A stretch of DNA of 64,000 nt. It comes from Candidatus Latescibacterota bacterium (GTDB lineage: Bacteria; Latescibacterota; UBA2968; UBA8231). A program made the translations under genes and the position numbers. The stretch spans positions 1,472,001 through 1,536,000 of the forward strand of contig OZ252098.1 in the NCBI GenBank assembly GCA_965248355.1. The letters are read 5' to 3'. Positions 9,839 through 19,458 of the stretch are shown in pieces. The stretch's first letter is position 1. Each line of letters opens with the position of its first letter. The notes beneath the pieces are model-generated. The model worked only from the letters and a program-made list of their open reading frames with translations. It ran no database searches and had not been told where the DNA came from.

Positions 9839-10474
9839 ATGGAGAAGGCCCTGATCTGGGACTGCGACGGCGTGCTCGTCGACAGCGAGGGACTCAGTTC
9901 CGCCGCCTGGGAGGCCGTGCTCCTCCGCCGGGGCGTGCGCGCGCAGCTTGCCGACCTGGAGAGCTTCACGGGCCTCTCCGACGGCGCCGTCCTCGAGCAC
10001 TATCGCCGACTCACCGGTGACCGCCTGGAGGGTATCCTGGAGGAGCGCGAAGCGGAGTTCGAGCGTCTTGCCCGCGGCGCCCTGAGCACCTTCCCCGGTC
10101 TGCCCGAGCTGCTGACTCGGCTGCGCGGCCAGGGCCGACAGATGGCCGTGGCCTCCTCCGGCCGCCTGCCCCGGATCCGCTTCTCATTGGCCGAGACCGG
10201 GCTGGACGGGTACTTCGACACCGTGTGCTCCGCCACCGAGGTGGAGCGCGGCAAGCCGGCCCCCGACCTCTTCCTGCTGGCCGCCCGGCGTCTGGGAGTG
10301 CCGCCGTCGCGCTGCATCGTCATCGAGGATTCGGTGCCCGGCCTCGAGGCGGCGGCCCGGGCCGGCATGCGCGGCCTGGGGTTTACGTCGAGCCACGCGG
10401 CGCCGGTGCTGGTCGGGGCGGGGGCAGCCGGGACCTTTGATGGCTATGCGGGGTTCGAAGCCCTGCTGTGCTGA
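9839..10474 (+). CDS. HAD family phosphatase
   Basis: DCDGVLVDS, ASS, KPAPD, IEDS..G. Confidence 0.9.
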   Translation: MEKALIWDCDGVLVDSEGLSSAAWEAVLLRRGVRAQLADLESFTGLSDGAVLEHYRRLTGDRLEGILEEREAEFERLARGALSTFPGLPELLTRLRGQGRQMAVASSGRLPRIRFSLAETGLDGYFDTVCSATEVERGKPAPDLFLLAARRLGVPPSRCIVIEDSVPGLEAAARAGMRGLGFTSSHAAPVLVGAGAAGTFDGYAGFEALLC

Positions 10475-10593
10475 GGGGTTAGCGGGCTACTCGCCCTTCT
10501 CGTGTATCGAAGAGCCTTCGCCCAGGGAAGAGCGCAGGGCGGCGCTCACATCATCGTCGCCGTGTGTGCCATGGCGACGACTGCGGCGGTGTC

Positions 10594-11768
10594 TAGTGTC
10601 CCGTCCGAGAATTAAGAAGAATCAACAAGGGCTGTCCGATGTCGCCGCCACCGTCTCCCGAGCGCGCTGGATCTTGCGCAGGATGGTCTCGCCGTCGGCC
10701 TTCCAGCGGTAGGGTTTGGGGGCCAAGTTCCGCTGCGCCAAGTAGGCTTCGATGTCGCGCACCAACTCCCCGACGCTGGCAAAGCTGCCGTCCCGAATCA
10801 CATCCTGCGTCAGCTCGCCGAAGAACCGTTCGACCAAGTTCATCCAGGAGGAACTGGTGGGGGTGAAATGGACATGGAAGCGCCGATGCCGAGACAACCA
10901 ATGCTGCACGCTCTCCTCCTTGTGGGGGCCGGCGTTGTCCACGATCAGGTGCAGCGACAGGTTCTTGGGCGTCTCGCGGTCGATCTGCTTGAGAAAGCGG
11001 AGCCATTCGACGTGGGTATGACGCGCCTCCAGACGCGCGATGAGCTTGCCGTCGAGGTAGTTGAGCGCGGCGAACAAGGTGATCGTACCGTGGCGCTTGT
11101 AATCGTGGGTCCGGGTGCGGATGTCGCCGATCCCCAGCGGCAAGCCCGGCTGGGTCCGTTCCAGCGCCTGGCACTGGCTCTTCTCGTCACAGCACAGCAC
11201 CAGCGCGCGCTCGGGGGGATCCAGGTAGAGCCCGATCACGTCCCAGAATTTTTCCTCGAAGTGCGGGTCCGTGGAGACCTTGAAGGTCTTGGTCAAATGG
11301 GGCTTGATGTCGTTGGCCTTCCAGATCCGGTGCACGCTGTCCGGCGACATCCCCGCCGCCTGGGCCATCGAGCGCACGCTCCAGCGCGTGCGCGGCTTCG
11401 GCGGCTGCGTGACCGCGGTGAGGACCTGCTCGACCTTGTCCGCCGGCAAGCTCGCCGGCCGGCCCCGGCCCTTGGCGTCGTTCAGTCCCGCCAAACCCTC
11501 GCGATCAAAGCGTTGCGACCACTTGTTCACACACGCCACACTGGCGCCCAACTCGGCGGCCACCTGCACCTGCTTGATCCCTTCGGCCCGGCGCAGGACG
11601 ATGGCCGCGCGCAGGCTGTCGCGCTGGGACGCGGAGGGGGCCCTGACGCGACGCTCCAACTCCTGTCGCTCGGACGCGGTCAACTCAAGGCGGGACACCG
11701 GGCGGGCCATGGCCTGAAGATAAGGCCTTGACTCTGTTTTTACAACTCATTTGTCGGACGCGACACTA
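10594..11768 (-). mobile_element. IS630 family insertion sequence, complete, with terminal inverted repeats and duplicated TA (CTAG site)
   Basis: Left end cTAGTGTCCCGTCCGAGAA; right end reverse complement cTAGTGTCGCGTCCGACAA; TA at 10594-10595 and 11767-11768. Confidence 0.93.
10622..11710 (-). CDS. IS630 family DDE transposase
   Basis: N-terminal HTH; CCDEK, YKRHGT, IVDN...H, FTPTSSSWMNLVERFF; uninterrupted 362 aa. Confidence 0.95.
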   Translation of the reverse strand: MARPVSRLELTASERQELERRVRAPSASQRDSLRAAIVLRRAEGIKQVQVAAELGASVACVNKWSQRFDREGLAGLNDAKGRGRPASLPADKVEQVLTAVTQPPKPRTRWSVRSMAQAAGMSPDSVHRIWKANDIKPHLTKTFKVSTDPHFEEKFWDVIGLYLDPPERALVLCCDEKSQCQALERTQPGLPLGIGDIRTRTHDYKRHGTITLFAALNYLDGKLIARLEARHTHVEWLRFLKQIDRETPKNLSLHLIVDNAGPHKEESVQHWLSRHRRFHVHFTPTSSSWMNLVERFFGELTQDVIRDGSFASVGELVRDIEAYLAQRNLAPKPYRWKADGETILRKIQRARETVAATSDSPC

Positions 11769-14700
11769 GTGGTGGTACCCCGCCGAGGTCGGGCCTCCGC
11801 CAGGAACGCGCACACGCCGTTGGCCAGGCGCATCTGGCGCACCGAGCGGCACTCGGGCTCGAACAGCCTCGGGTTCGCCACCAGGACGCAGGCGCAGCGG
11901 GCCCGGCTGGTGGCGACATTCAGCCGGTTGAGGCTGTACAGGAACTCCATCCCCCGCGGCGCATCCTCGGGAGTCGAGGTGGTCATGCTGTAGACGACGG
12001 CCGCGGCCTCCTGCCCCTGGAAGCGGTCCACGGTTCCCACCTGCGCCCGGGGACCGAGCCTCTCCTGCAGCCGGGCGACCTGGGCGTTGTAGGGGGCCAC
12101 CACGAGGATGTCCTCGATCCGCAGCGGTTTCGTCTTTCCGTCGGCGCCCCTCCAGGTGACACCTTCGCGGGTCAGCTCGGCCACCACCTCCGCGACGCGC
12201 TCCACCTCTTCGGGGCTCGAGCCCTGGTTCCCCTCGTGGTCCACCTCCTCCACCCAGAGGCCGGCGCCGCCGTACTTCGTCGGCCCCTCGATGGACTGAA
12301 GCTCCATACTCTCGCGGGAAGTCAGCTGCCCCTCGTAGAACTGCCGCGAGGTGAAGCCGCAGATCGCCGGATGCAGGCGCCAGGTCTGCTCCAGGAACAG
12401 GCCCTTGTCCGGCGGCATGACGCTGCCCTCGCCGATCACGTGCTGCAGGGCGGAGACGTCCGTCCCCTCCGGGTGGCTGCCCTTCTGCGGCTGCTCCAAC
12501 TGCTGGGGATCGCCGAGGAGCACGAGGTTGCGGGCGCAGGGGCTCATGGCCAGCACGTTGGCCAGGCTCATCTGCCCGGCCTCGTCGACGAAGAGGACAT
12601 CCACCGATCCGGCGTACTCCGGCCGCGCCCACAGCCAGGCGGTCCCCCCGACCACGTTCGCCTCGCCCGCTTCCAGGGCGGCGAGCGGCGTGTGGTTGTC
12701 ACCGACCTCCTCGATCCCCTTGGGCGGCTCGTCCGAGAACTCGCTCACCTTGTGCATGCAGGCCAGCTCCACGTGCTCCTCCGAGGCCGCTTCGATGGCG
12801 CTTTGCAGCAGATTCTCGATGACCTTGTGGCTCACCGCGGAAACGCCGACACGCCTTCCCCGCTTCACCAGCTCGACGATCATGCGGGCGCCGGCCCAGG
12901 TCTTGCCGCTGCCCGGTGGACCCTGCACCGGCAGGGCTCCGCCGTCGAGCTCGGCGGCGAGGCGTCGGGCGGCGTCGACGGCGGGCTCCCCTTCCTTGCG
13001 CAGGGGCCCGGCGGCCGTCCGCCTTGGAGCGAGGCCGAGCAGCAGGTCGCGGCCGGCGCGGGCGAAGCTCGCGGACTCTCCGGTTTTCACTCCGTTTTCC
13101 GCGGCCCACTCCCCCAGGCGCATCAGGCTCTCCCGCAATACGGTCGTACGCACCACGCCGTGCTCGAATACACAGCGCGGGCGATCCTCCTTCCTCCCCT
13201 TCCCCTGCTTGATGTCCACCGTCATGGCGACGGTGTCGATGCCGACGACGGACCCCAGCTTCCCGCCTTCCTGGTCGTAGACCTCCGCCCCTTCACCGAT
13301 CTCGACGAGCTGCTCGGGATAGGAGTACCGGTGACGCGGGTTCCTCTCCTTGCCCACCTTCGGCAACTGCTTCCGCCACTCCAGCCCGGCGATTCCCGCC
13401 TTCTCGTCGCGCAGGTCCTCCTCGGGCAGATCGCAGAGCCGGAAGAACTCCCACCACGCCGCCTTCTCCTCGCGCCAGTGCCAGTCGAGCAGGTGGGCCA
13501 GCAGCCAGCGGGCCTGCGCCTCTTCGTCCCGCTCCTCCGGCAGCGGTGACAGCCCCTCGATCAGCCGCCGGCGCAGATCCTCCAGCCTCTCCTGCCGCTC
13601 CGTCAGCTCCTCCCCGGGCTCCCCCTCCTGGGGCTGTGGCCGCGCCACCTCGACGCCGGCGGCGATCCACTCGTCGCGCCGTTGCTCCAGCCACTGGCGA
13701 AGCCGCCAGGTGGAGACGCAGTCGTCCTCGTTGTACCCGCGCACGATGTCGCGGATCTCCCCGGGCGCTTCGTGGCCCTGTCCGGTCTGCAGAAGGACCT
13801 CCATCCTGCGCTTGGGAAGGCTCACGTCCGGCAGGTCGACGCGGCGCTCGTACCCGAAGAACCGCTCCAGCTTCTTGATGGAGTAGCTCTCGACGCCGGC
13901 GCGCACCGCCTGGCGGGTCACCTGGTAGAGGTCGACGAAGGCCCCGGCGCGCAGCAGCTCGTCCACCTCCTGCGCGCGGGTGGCGTAGCGGCCCATGAGG
14001 CGCTTGAGAGCCGCGGGCTCGTACGGGGCGTAGTGGTAGACGTGCATGGCGGGATGCTCTTGCCGGCGCTCCATCACCATGTCGATGAAGTGCTCGAAGG
14101 CGGCCCGTTCCGATGGACCGTCGTGAGCCCAGGTGTGGCCGTAGGCGGGATCCCCTCCGTCCCCCGGAACGGCGGCCCATCCGAAGAGGTACTCCAGGCC
14201 TCCGTCGCCGGCGAAGGGATCGCCCTCCAGGTCGAAGAACAGGTCCCCGGCGTCGGGCTCCGGAAGGCGCGCCAGGCCGCCGCCTTCACTGACCTCGAGC
14301 ATCTCGTAGTATGGATCGGGACTGGTGCGGTCCTTGAGCTGCACGTGGGCCTGGTGCTGCGCGGCGTCCAGGCTCTCACGGCTCCCGCAGTCCGGCCTCA
14401 GATCAGGAGCCAGCGGCTCGCGGCCGAAGCGCTCCAGGGTCTCGATCCCCCACCCGGTCAGCCCGGCCCGCTGGGCGCGCGTGATCCCGGCCACCAGGCT
14501 CAGGTGATCGTCGTCGTGACGCTGGCGGTCCCAGCGCTGCCACCAGTCGCAGACGTTGCAGTGGTCGCAGGGCTCGGGATAGCTGGAGGCGCCGTCGAGG
14601 GCCTCCCTTTCGAGGCGGGCCTTCACCTGGCGATAGTAGGCCTCGTAGTGATCGACCCGGTAGACCTCGGGCTCGAACCCGGTGCCTGGGGTCACCACCT

Positions 14701-15190
14701 TGACCGCATCCGGCCGCCGGCCCTGCAACTCGCCCAGCAGCTCGGCGTAAAGGCAGAGCTGGAGGAGGGTCCCCGGTTTCGTGTTCGCCGAGAGCTTGGT
14801 GTCCACCACCTCGTAGTGGTAGTCGCCCAGCACGCTGCAGCCAGGCACCCGCAGCAGCACGTCGGCGATACCCGCCCAGCGGCCGTCCGCCAGCCAAACC
14901 TGGGCGATGGCGTCAGCCCCTTCGGCCAGGGCCCGGCGCGTCTCCTCGAGGTCTCGGCTGTTGTGCGGCAACTCCAGAATCCGCAGGCCCCCGTCCCGCA
15001 GATGGTCCAGGTAGGACCCCTCGTGCTGCAGCCCCTTCTGTTGCAGCACCTCCACGGCGGGGTCGTGCCGGTATGGCCTGTCCAGCTCTCCCTTGGTGCG
15101 CCGCAGGTCGAGCTGCGTCAGATGGCGGCAGCCGAGGTGTTTGGCGAGGTCGGTGGCGGAAAGGGTGAGACCGGAATCGGAGAAGTGCAT
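11747..15190 (-). CDS. TM0106-family RecB-like nuclease / RNase H-like / SF1 (Dna2/Upf1-like) helicase fusion
   Basis: SATDL...C.H, GIADVLL..EVVDTKL (PD-D/ExK), QL.LY, DDHLSLVAGI, FFDLEGDP, YHYAPYE, YSIKKLE, YNEDDC, GPPGSGKT, DEAGQ, GDPQQL, PYNAQ, TVDRFQGQEA, RLNVATSRA. Confidence 0.9.
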   Translation of the reverse strand: MHFSDSGLTLSATDLAKHLGCRHLTQLDLRRTKGELDRPYRHDPAVEVLQQKGLQHEGSYLDHLRDGGLRILELPHNSRDLEETRRALAEGADAIAQVWLADGRWAGIADVLLRVPGCSVLGDYHYEVVDTKLSANTKPGTLLQLCLYAELLGELQGRRPDAVKVVTPGTGFEPEVYRVDHYEAYYRQVKARLEREALDGASSYPEPCDHCNVCDWWQRWDRQRHDDDHLSLVAGITRAQRAGLTGWGIETLERFGREPLAPDLRPDCGSRESLDAAQHQAHVQLKDRTSPDPYYEMLEVSEGGGLARLPEPDAGDLFFDLEGDPFAGDGGLEYLFGWAAVPGDGGDPAYGHTWAHDGPSERAAFEHFIDMVMERRQEHPAMHVYHYAPYEPAALKRLMGRYATRAQEVDELLRAGAFVDLYQVTRQAVRAGVESYSIKKLERFFGYERRVDLPDVSLPKRRMEVLLQTGQGHEAPGEIRDIVRGYNEDDCVSTWRLRQWLEQRRDEWIAAGVEVARPQPQEGEPGEELTERQERLEDLRRRLIEGLSPLPEERDEEAQARWLLAHLLDWHWREEKAAWWEFFRLCDLPEEDLRDEKAGIAGLEWRKQLPKVGKERNPRHRYSYPEQLVEIGEGAEVYDQEGGKLGSVVGIDTVAMTVDIKQGKGRKEDRPRCVFEHGVVRTTVLRESLMRLGEWAAENGVKTGESASFARAGRDLLLGLAPRRTAAGPLRKEGEPAVDAARRLAAELDGGALPVQGPPGSGKTWAGARMIVELVKRGRRVGVSAVSHKVIENLLQSAIEAASEEHVELACMHKVSEFSDEPPKGIEEVGDNHTPLAALEAGEANVVGGTAWLWARPEYAGSVDVLFVDEAGQMSLANVLAMSPCARNLVLLGDPQQLEQPQKGSHPEGTDVSALQHVIGEGSVMPPDKGLFLEQTWRLHPAICGFTSRQFYEGQLTSRESMELQSIEGPTKYGGAGLWVEEVDHEGNQGSSPEEVERVAEVVAELTREGVTWRGADGKTKPLRIEDILVVAPYNAQVARLQERLGPRAQVGTVDRFQGQEAAAVVYSMTTSTPEDAPRGMEFLYSLNRLNVATSRARCACVLVANPRLFEPECRSVRQMRLANGVCAFLAEARPRRGTTTSVASDK

Positions 15191-15263
15191 CTGCGGAAGC
15201 TGCGCCAGCCGGTCCGGCCGGGCAACTGCCGCGGTGCGGAGGTGCGACGGCCTGCCGAGCTCC

Positions 15264-16661
15264 CTACTCCCGGTCCACCACGGGAGCGCGCCGGAAGGCC
15301 CACAGACAGAGGAGGAAGGCGGCGGCGGTCTCCACCAGCAGGATGGAGATGGGCAGGTAGCTGCCGGCCACGGCGCTGGCGAGGGAGACCCGCACCCCGC
15401 CGAAGCGGGGGATGTCCCGGTGGTCGAGGGGCTGCCGGGAGACGTAGTCGGGCAGGAACAGGATGTGGGGCGAGTCCCGGTCGGCGGCGTCGAGATCCCG
15501 GACGTAGCCGCGCAGGCCCCGGAGGTACTCCTGGGCCGCCTTGACGAAGGCCTTGTAGCGCACCAGGCCGGTGCCGAGCAGGGCCTCGGCCGTGCCCTGG
15601 AAGGCGTAGCCCGGCGAGATCAGGGACAACCCCCGGGTGACCTCGAACTGGCGGACCTCGCGCAGGCGGGCCTCCTCGTAGAGCTGGCGCTGCTCCTTCT
15701 CGGCCTCGTTGAGGCGCCGGGCCACCTCGCGCTCCACGGCGTAGCCGTCGGCGGCCCCCTCCTCGCGCCCCCTCGGGGTCAGGCCCTCCAGGGACAGGTT
15801 GTCGCGGACTCCGTCCATGTAGTCCCACACCTGGGACCAGTTGGGCGCCGAGACGGCGCGGGCACCCGCGAGATAGGCGGCCTGGGGGATGACCACCACC
15901 AGGGCCGCCCAGATCACCATGAGCGTCACCAGGGCGGAGGCCGAAGAGCGGGCCCGGGCCGAGACGGCCATGGCCAGCAGCAGGAAGAAGGTGGCGTAGC
16001 AGAGGGTGCCCAGGAGGAACAGGGCCAGGGGGGCCAGGAGTTGGAGACTGAGCTGCAGGCCGCCCTGCAGCGCCAGGATGACGAGGCTCATGGCCGCGCT
16101 CACGAGCACGGCGGCCAGCAGCGCGCCGAGGTGGGCGCCGAGCTTGGCGGCGAGGATGCGGGCCCGGGAGATCGGGTGGGTGAGCAGCATGGCCAAGGTG
16201 CCCCGCTCGCGTTCGCCGGAGAGGGTGTCGTAGGCCAGGGCGATGGCCAGGAAGGAGACGGCGATGCGCACGATCAGGGCCCAGTCGACGATCTCGAAGC
16301 GGTCCATCCAGTGGTTGACGGCCACGACACGCCCGGTGACGGCGAGCCCCTGCCCGGAGGCGGCGTTGAGGTAGATCGTGTCGGAGCTCCAGTCCTGCCC
16401 GCCCTCCACCATGAAGCCGGTCTCCAGGGGCCGCATGTGGACGCGGTAGCCGGTGCCCAGCAGACCGCCCGGATCGGAGACCCCGTCGAAGCGGCTGGCG
16501 CTCTCGGCCTCGACGCGGCCGACCTCGTCGACCAGGCGCTCGGCCTTCCAGCCGTAGACCAGGCCGTTGGCGGCGAAGAAGGCGACGAGCAGCACCAAGC
16601 TGAGCTGGAAGCGCAGCGACTTGAGGTGGTCGTGGAGCTGGTGGAGGAAGATCTCGAGCAT
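15264..16661 (-). CDS. ABC-2 type transporter permease subunit
   Basis: YDTLSGERERGTL.MLL..PISR..IL.AK motif and multiple TM helices. Confidence 0.85.
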   Translation of the reverse strand: MLEIFLHQLHDHLKSLRFQLSLVLLVAFFAANGLVYGWKAERLVDEVGRVEAESASRFDGVSDPGGLLGTGYRVHMRPLETGFMVEGGQDWSSDTIYLNAASGQGLAVTGRVVAVNHWMDRFEIVDWALIVRIAVSFLAIALAYDTLSGERERGTLAMLLTHPISRARILAAKLGAHLGALLAAVLVSAAMSLVILALQGGLQLSLQLLAPLALFLLGTLCYATFFLLLAMAVSARARSSASALVTLMVIWAALVVVIPQAAYLAGARAVSAPNWSQVWDYMDGVRDNLSLEGLTPRGREEGAADGYAVEREVARRLNEAEKEQRQLYEEARLREVRQFEVTRGLSLISPGYAFQGTAEALLGTGLVRYKAFVKAAQEYLRGLRGYVRDLDAADRDSPHILFLPDYVSRQPLDHRDIPRFGGVRVSLASAVAGSYLPISILLVETAAAFLLCLWAFRRAPVVDRE

Positions 16662-16668
16662 GGAACCC

Positions 16669-18228
16669 TCAGCTCGGGTCGTAGCGGAGGAAGCGGAAGA
16701 CGGCGAGCATCACCGCGGCCGCCGTGGTCAGCACCATCACCAGCAGGCCCGGGACCATGTGCCGCAGCGTCGCGGACAGCGGCTCCCGCCAGCCCGGGTC
16801 GAAGGCCGGCAGGTCGGACAGGTCGAGGCCGCGTCCCTGGCGGGCGGCCAGGGCCTCCTGCTGCCTGACCCAGGCCATGCGCTCCTTCATGTAGGGGCTG
16901 TCGGCGGCCAGCTCCGCCGGCGTCAGGGCCTCCGGGTCGGGCAGCAGGGGCTCCTGCTCCGGCGGATCGTCGCTGAACCAGCGGCGGCTCGAGAACGCCT
17001 CCCGCCCGCGCAGGAAGTCGATGAAGGTGGTCCGGTAGCGGTAGCCGGCCTCGCGCAGACGGAACTTGTGGGCCAGCGTCGTGCGGGCCAGCTGCTTGGT
17101 GAGGGTCTGGTAGTTGGTGAAGGGCGAGAGGATCGACCAGTCGTCGACCAGGGTCGCCTCGCGCGCCAGGGGGGCGTAGTTGGCCTGCTGGAGCTGGTTG
17201 ATCCGGCGCGAGGCGTCGAGGTGCTGCTCCAGGGCCCGGGCGTTGCGGCGCTGCCGCCAGGCGTAGCCCCGCGGATGGCCGTAGCGGCTGCGGGCGCCGG
17301 TGCTGATGTCGCGCAGGAAGACGTCGGGCGGAGGCGGGTTCTTGGTCTCCCACTCCTCCATCTCGCGCTGGACCTCGGCCCTCACCTGGCGGTTCTGGTT
17401 GAGGAAGTCCTGGAAGGTGTGCTCCTGCACGCCGTAGCGGCTGAGGGCCGGCAGCACGTTGCCGTAGCCGAGGTTGAGGGTCAGCCAGCCGAACAGGCAC
17501 AGCATGAGCGACGTGGCCGAGCCGCGCACGAAGGCGGAGACGGCCAGGCTCATGGCGAAGACCTGCACCAGGAAGAGGCAGCTGACGCCGAAGAGCAGGG
17601 CCAGCCGCGCCCACTCGGGCCCGGAGAAGGCCACGTCCGGGTTGAAGGAGAGGATGAGCAGGGAGAAGAGGAAGGCCGCGGCCATGGCCGCGCACAGGGA
17701 CAGGGAGCCGCCCAGCAGCTTGCCGCCGACCACGGCGCCGCGGGAGACGGGGTTGGCCAGCATCAGGCGCAGGGTGCCCCGCTCGCGGTCGCCGCAGATG
17801 GCGTCGAACCCCAGGATGACGGCCATGAAGCTCAGGAGCAGCCGCACGACGGTGGCGAAGTCGATCTCGACGAAGCGCTTCATGAGCCGGTTGTCGGCGC
17901 TGCCGAGGCGGCCCAGGCTGGCGCTGATCCAGCTCACCTGGATGCTCAGGCGCTGGCCGGCGCCCTTGTCGACGCCGCGGCTGAAGATCGACAGCGGCTC
18001 GGGCGGGCCGACGACGTGGGGCCGGACCTCGGCGTAGATCGTCGCCTCCTCGAGCTGTTGCCCGACCCGCCGCACCTCCTCCTTGTAGTCCGTCACCCGC
18101 TGCGAGAAGTCGAGACTGCCGGCCAGGGCCGCCAGTCCGCAGAGCAGCACCGCGAAGACCAGGACCAGCCCCAGGCGCGCGGTGAGCAGGTTGGTGAGCA
18201 GCTCTTTGCGGGTCAGGGCGAGGAGCAT
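16669..18228 (-). CDS. ABC-2 type transporter permease subunit (start re-called to MLLALTRKEL)
   Basis: FDAICGDRERGTLRLMLANPVSRG motif; paralogue of the downstream gene; ATG at 18228. Confidence 0.85.
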   Translation of the reverse strand: MLLALTRKELLTNLLTARLGLVLVFAVLLCGLAALAGSLDFSQRVTDYKEEVRRVGQQLEEATIYAEVRPHVVGPPEPLSIFSRGVDKGAGQRLSIQVSWISASLGRLGSADNRLMKRFVEIDFATVVRLLLSFMAVILGFDAICGDRERGTLRLMLANPVSRGAVVGGKLLGGSLSLCAAMAAAFLFSLLILSFNPDVAFSGPEWARLALLFGVSCLFLVQVFAMSLAVSAFVRGSATSLMLCLFGWLTLNLGYGNVLPALSRYGVQEHTFQDFLNQNRQVRAEVQREMEEWETKNPPPPDVFLRDISTGARSRYGHPRGYAWRQRRNARALEQHLDASRRINQLQQANYAPLAREATLVDDWSILSPFTNYQTLTKQLARTTLAHKFRLREAGYRYRTTFIDFLRGREAFSSRRWFSDDPPEQEPLLPDPEALTPAELAADSPYMKERMAWVRQQEALAARQGRGLDLSDLPAFDPGWREPLSATLRHMVPGLLVMVLTTAAAVMLAVFRFLRYDPS

Positions 18229-18505
18229 GAATCCAGGATCGAGGGCCAGGGGAACAGTGTCAACAGAGGGGCGGGCGGAACGACCGGGCGCCCGCGTGCG
18301 CATGTGCGCATGGCGGAACAGGGGGCATACGGGTGCCGCTACTGCGCGGGGCACATGAGCGGAACAGCGGGGAGACGACCTCGCTACGGTACGGAGCGGG
18401 GCGCGCGAGGTTCGGAACCCGCGAGTCCGACGAGGGCCCGCCGGCGTCTGTCCCTCGGGCTGGACGGGCGCGACCAAGTCGGAGGAGGTCGGAGCCGGAC
18501 GATGC

Positions 18506-19429
18506 TCAGCCCGCCGCCCGGAAGCGCTCGTAGCGCCGGGCCAGCCGCTTCGGGTCGGGTCGCAGGTCCTCGGGCCGCGGCAGCTGGATGCGCTGTCCGT
18601 GCAGGCCCTGGAGCCCGTGGCGCAGCATGGGGCCGTCGGACTCGCCGCGGATGTCGCCTCGCACCTCGACCCGGTAGTCGGCGGTGATGCCGACGAAGTG
18701 CCGGTCGAAGGCGGCGTGGTGCAGCTTGCACAGGGCGAGGCCGTTGCTGACCACCGGCTCGCCGCCGGGCTGCCGGTCGGGGATGATGTGGGCGGCGTCG
18801 AGCAGCTCCTCGTGGCGCAGCCGGCAGAGGCTGCACTGGCCCCGGTAGGCGCGCAGCACGCGCTGCCGGAAGCCCTGCTGGTGCAGCCGCTGCTGGAACT
18901 CCCGGGTCACCCAGACCCGCCGTCCCTCGTCTTGGGCGGTATCCTCGCTCAAGCCCTCGCCGATCCGCTCAGTCAAGCCGATTCCCAGCGAGTCGGCGGC
19001 ATCCACGGCCACGTGGAAGGTCAAATCGGCGGGGTTGGCGTGGACGATGAAGACCGGCCAGGCGGCCACGTACCTCCCCTTCACGATGCCGTGGAAGTAG
19101 ACCCGTGGCACCCGCTCGACCATGGCCTGGCGAAGCCCCTCGTTGTCGCGATGGGCCGGGTCGGTGCCGCGGTACCTGTAGCGTAGCAGGTCCCCGGAGA
19201 AGGAGTCGTCGTACGGCCCCGACGGCGCCGTGGTGATGGACAGGGGCAGGCTCAGGTCCCGGGGCTTGAAGATGCCCTGGGGCCCCAGCAGATGGATCCG
19301 CCGGCCGTCGCACTCGAACCCCCGGGCGAGAAGCTGGCGCGGCAGCACGTCGCCGTGGAGCTCGACCTGCTCCGCGAGCCAGTCGAAGGCCTGTCGGCGG
19401 ATGCGCGTGTCCAGGGTGTCGGTGGCCAT
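18506..19429 (-). CDS. HNH endonuclease with SRA/YDG-like N-terminal domain (putative modification-dependent restriction enzyme)
   Basis: Start re-called to MATDTLD (ATG 19429). FRQRVL.AY..QCSLC, LDAAHII, NGLALCKLHHAAFD; N-terminal YDD.....LLRYRYRG......DN..L..AM. Confidence 0.82.
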   Translation of the reverse strand: MATDTLDTRIRRQAFDWLAEQVELHGDVLPRQLLARGFECDGRRIHLLGPQGIFKPRDLSLPLSITTAPSGPYDDSFSGDLLRYRYRGTDPAHRDNEGLRQAMVERVPRVYFHGIVKGRYVAAWPVFIVHANPADLTFHVAVDAADSLGIGLTERIGEGLSEDTAQDEGRRVWVTREFQQRLHQQGFRQRVLRAYRGQCSLCRLRHEELLDAAHIIPDRQPGGEPVVSNGLALCKLHHAAFDRHFVGITADYRVEVRGDIRGESDGPMLRHGLQGLHGQRIQLPRPEDLRPDPKRLARRYERFRAAG

Positions 19430-19458
19430 GGCCGACGCTGCGGCTTCCCTGCGCGCCC

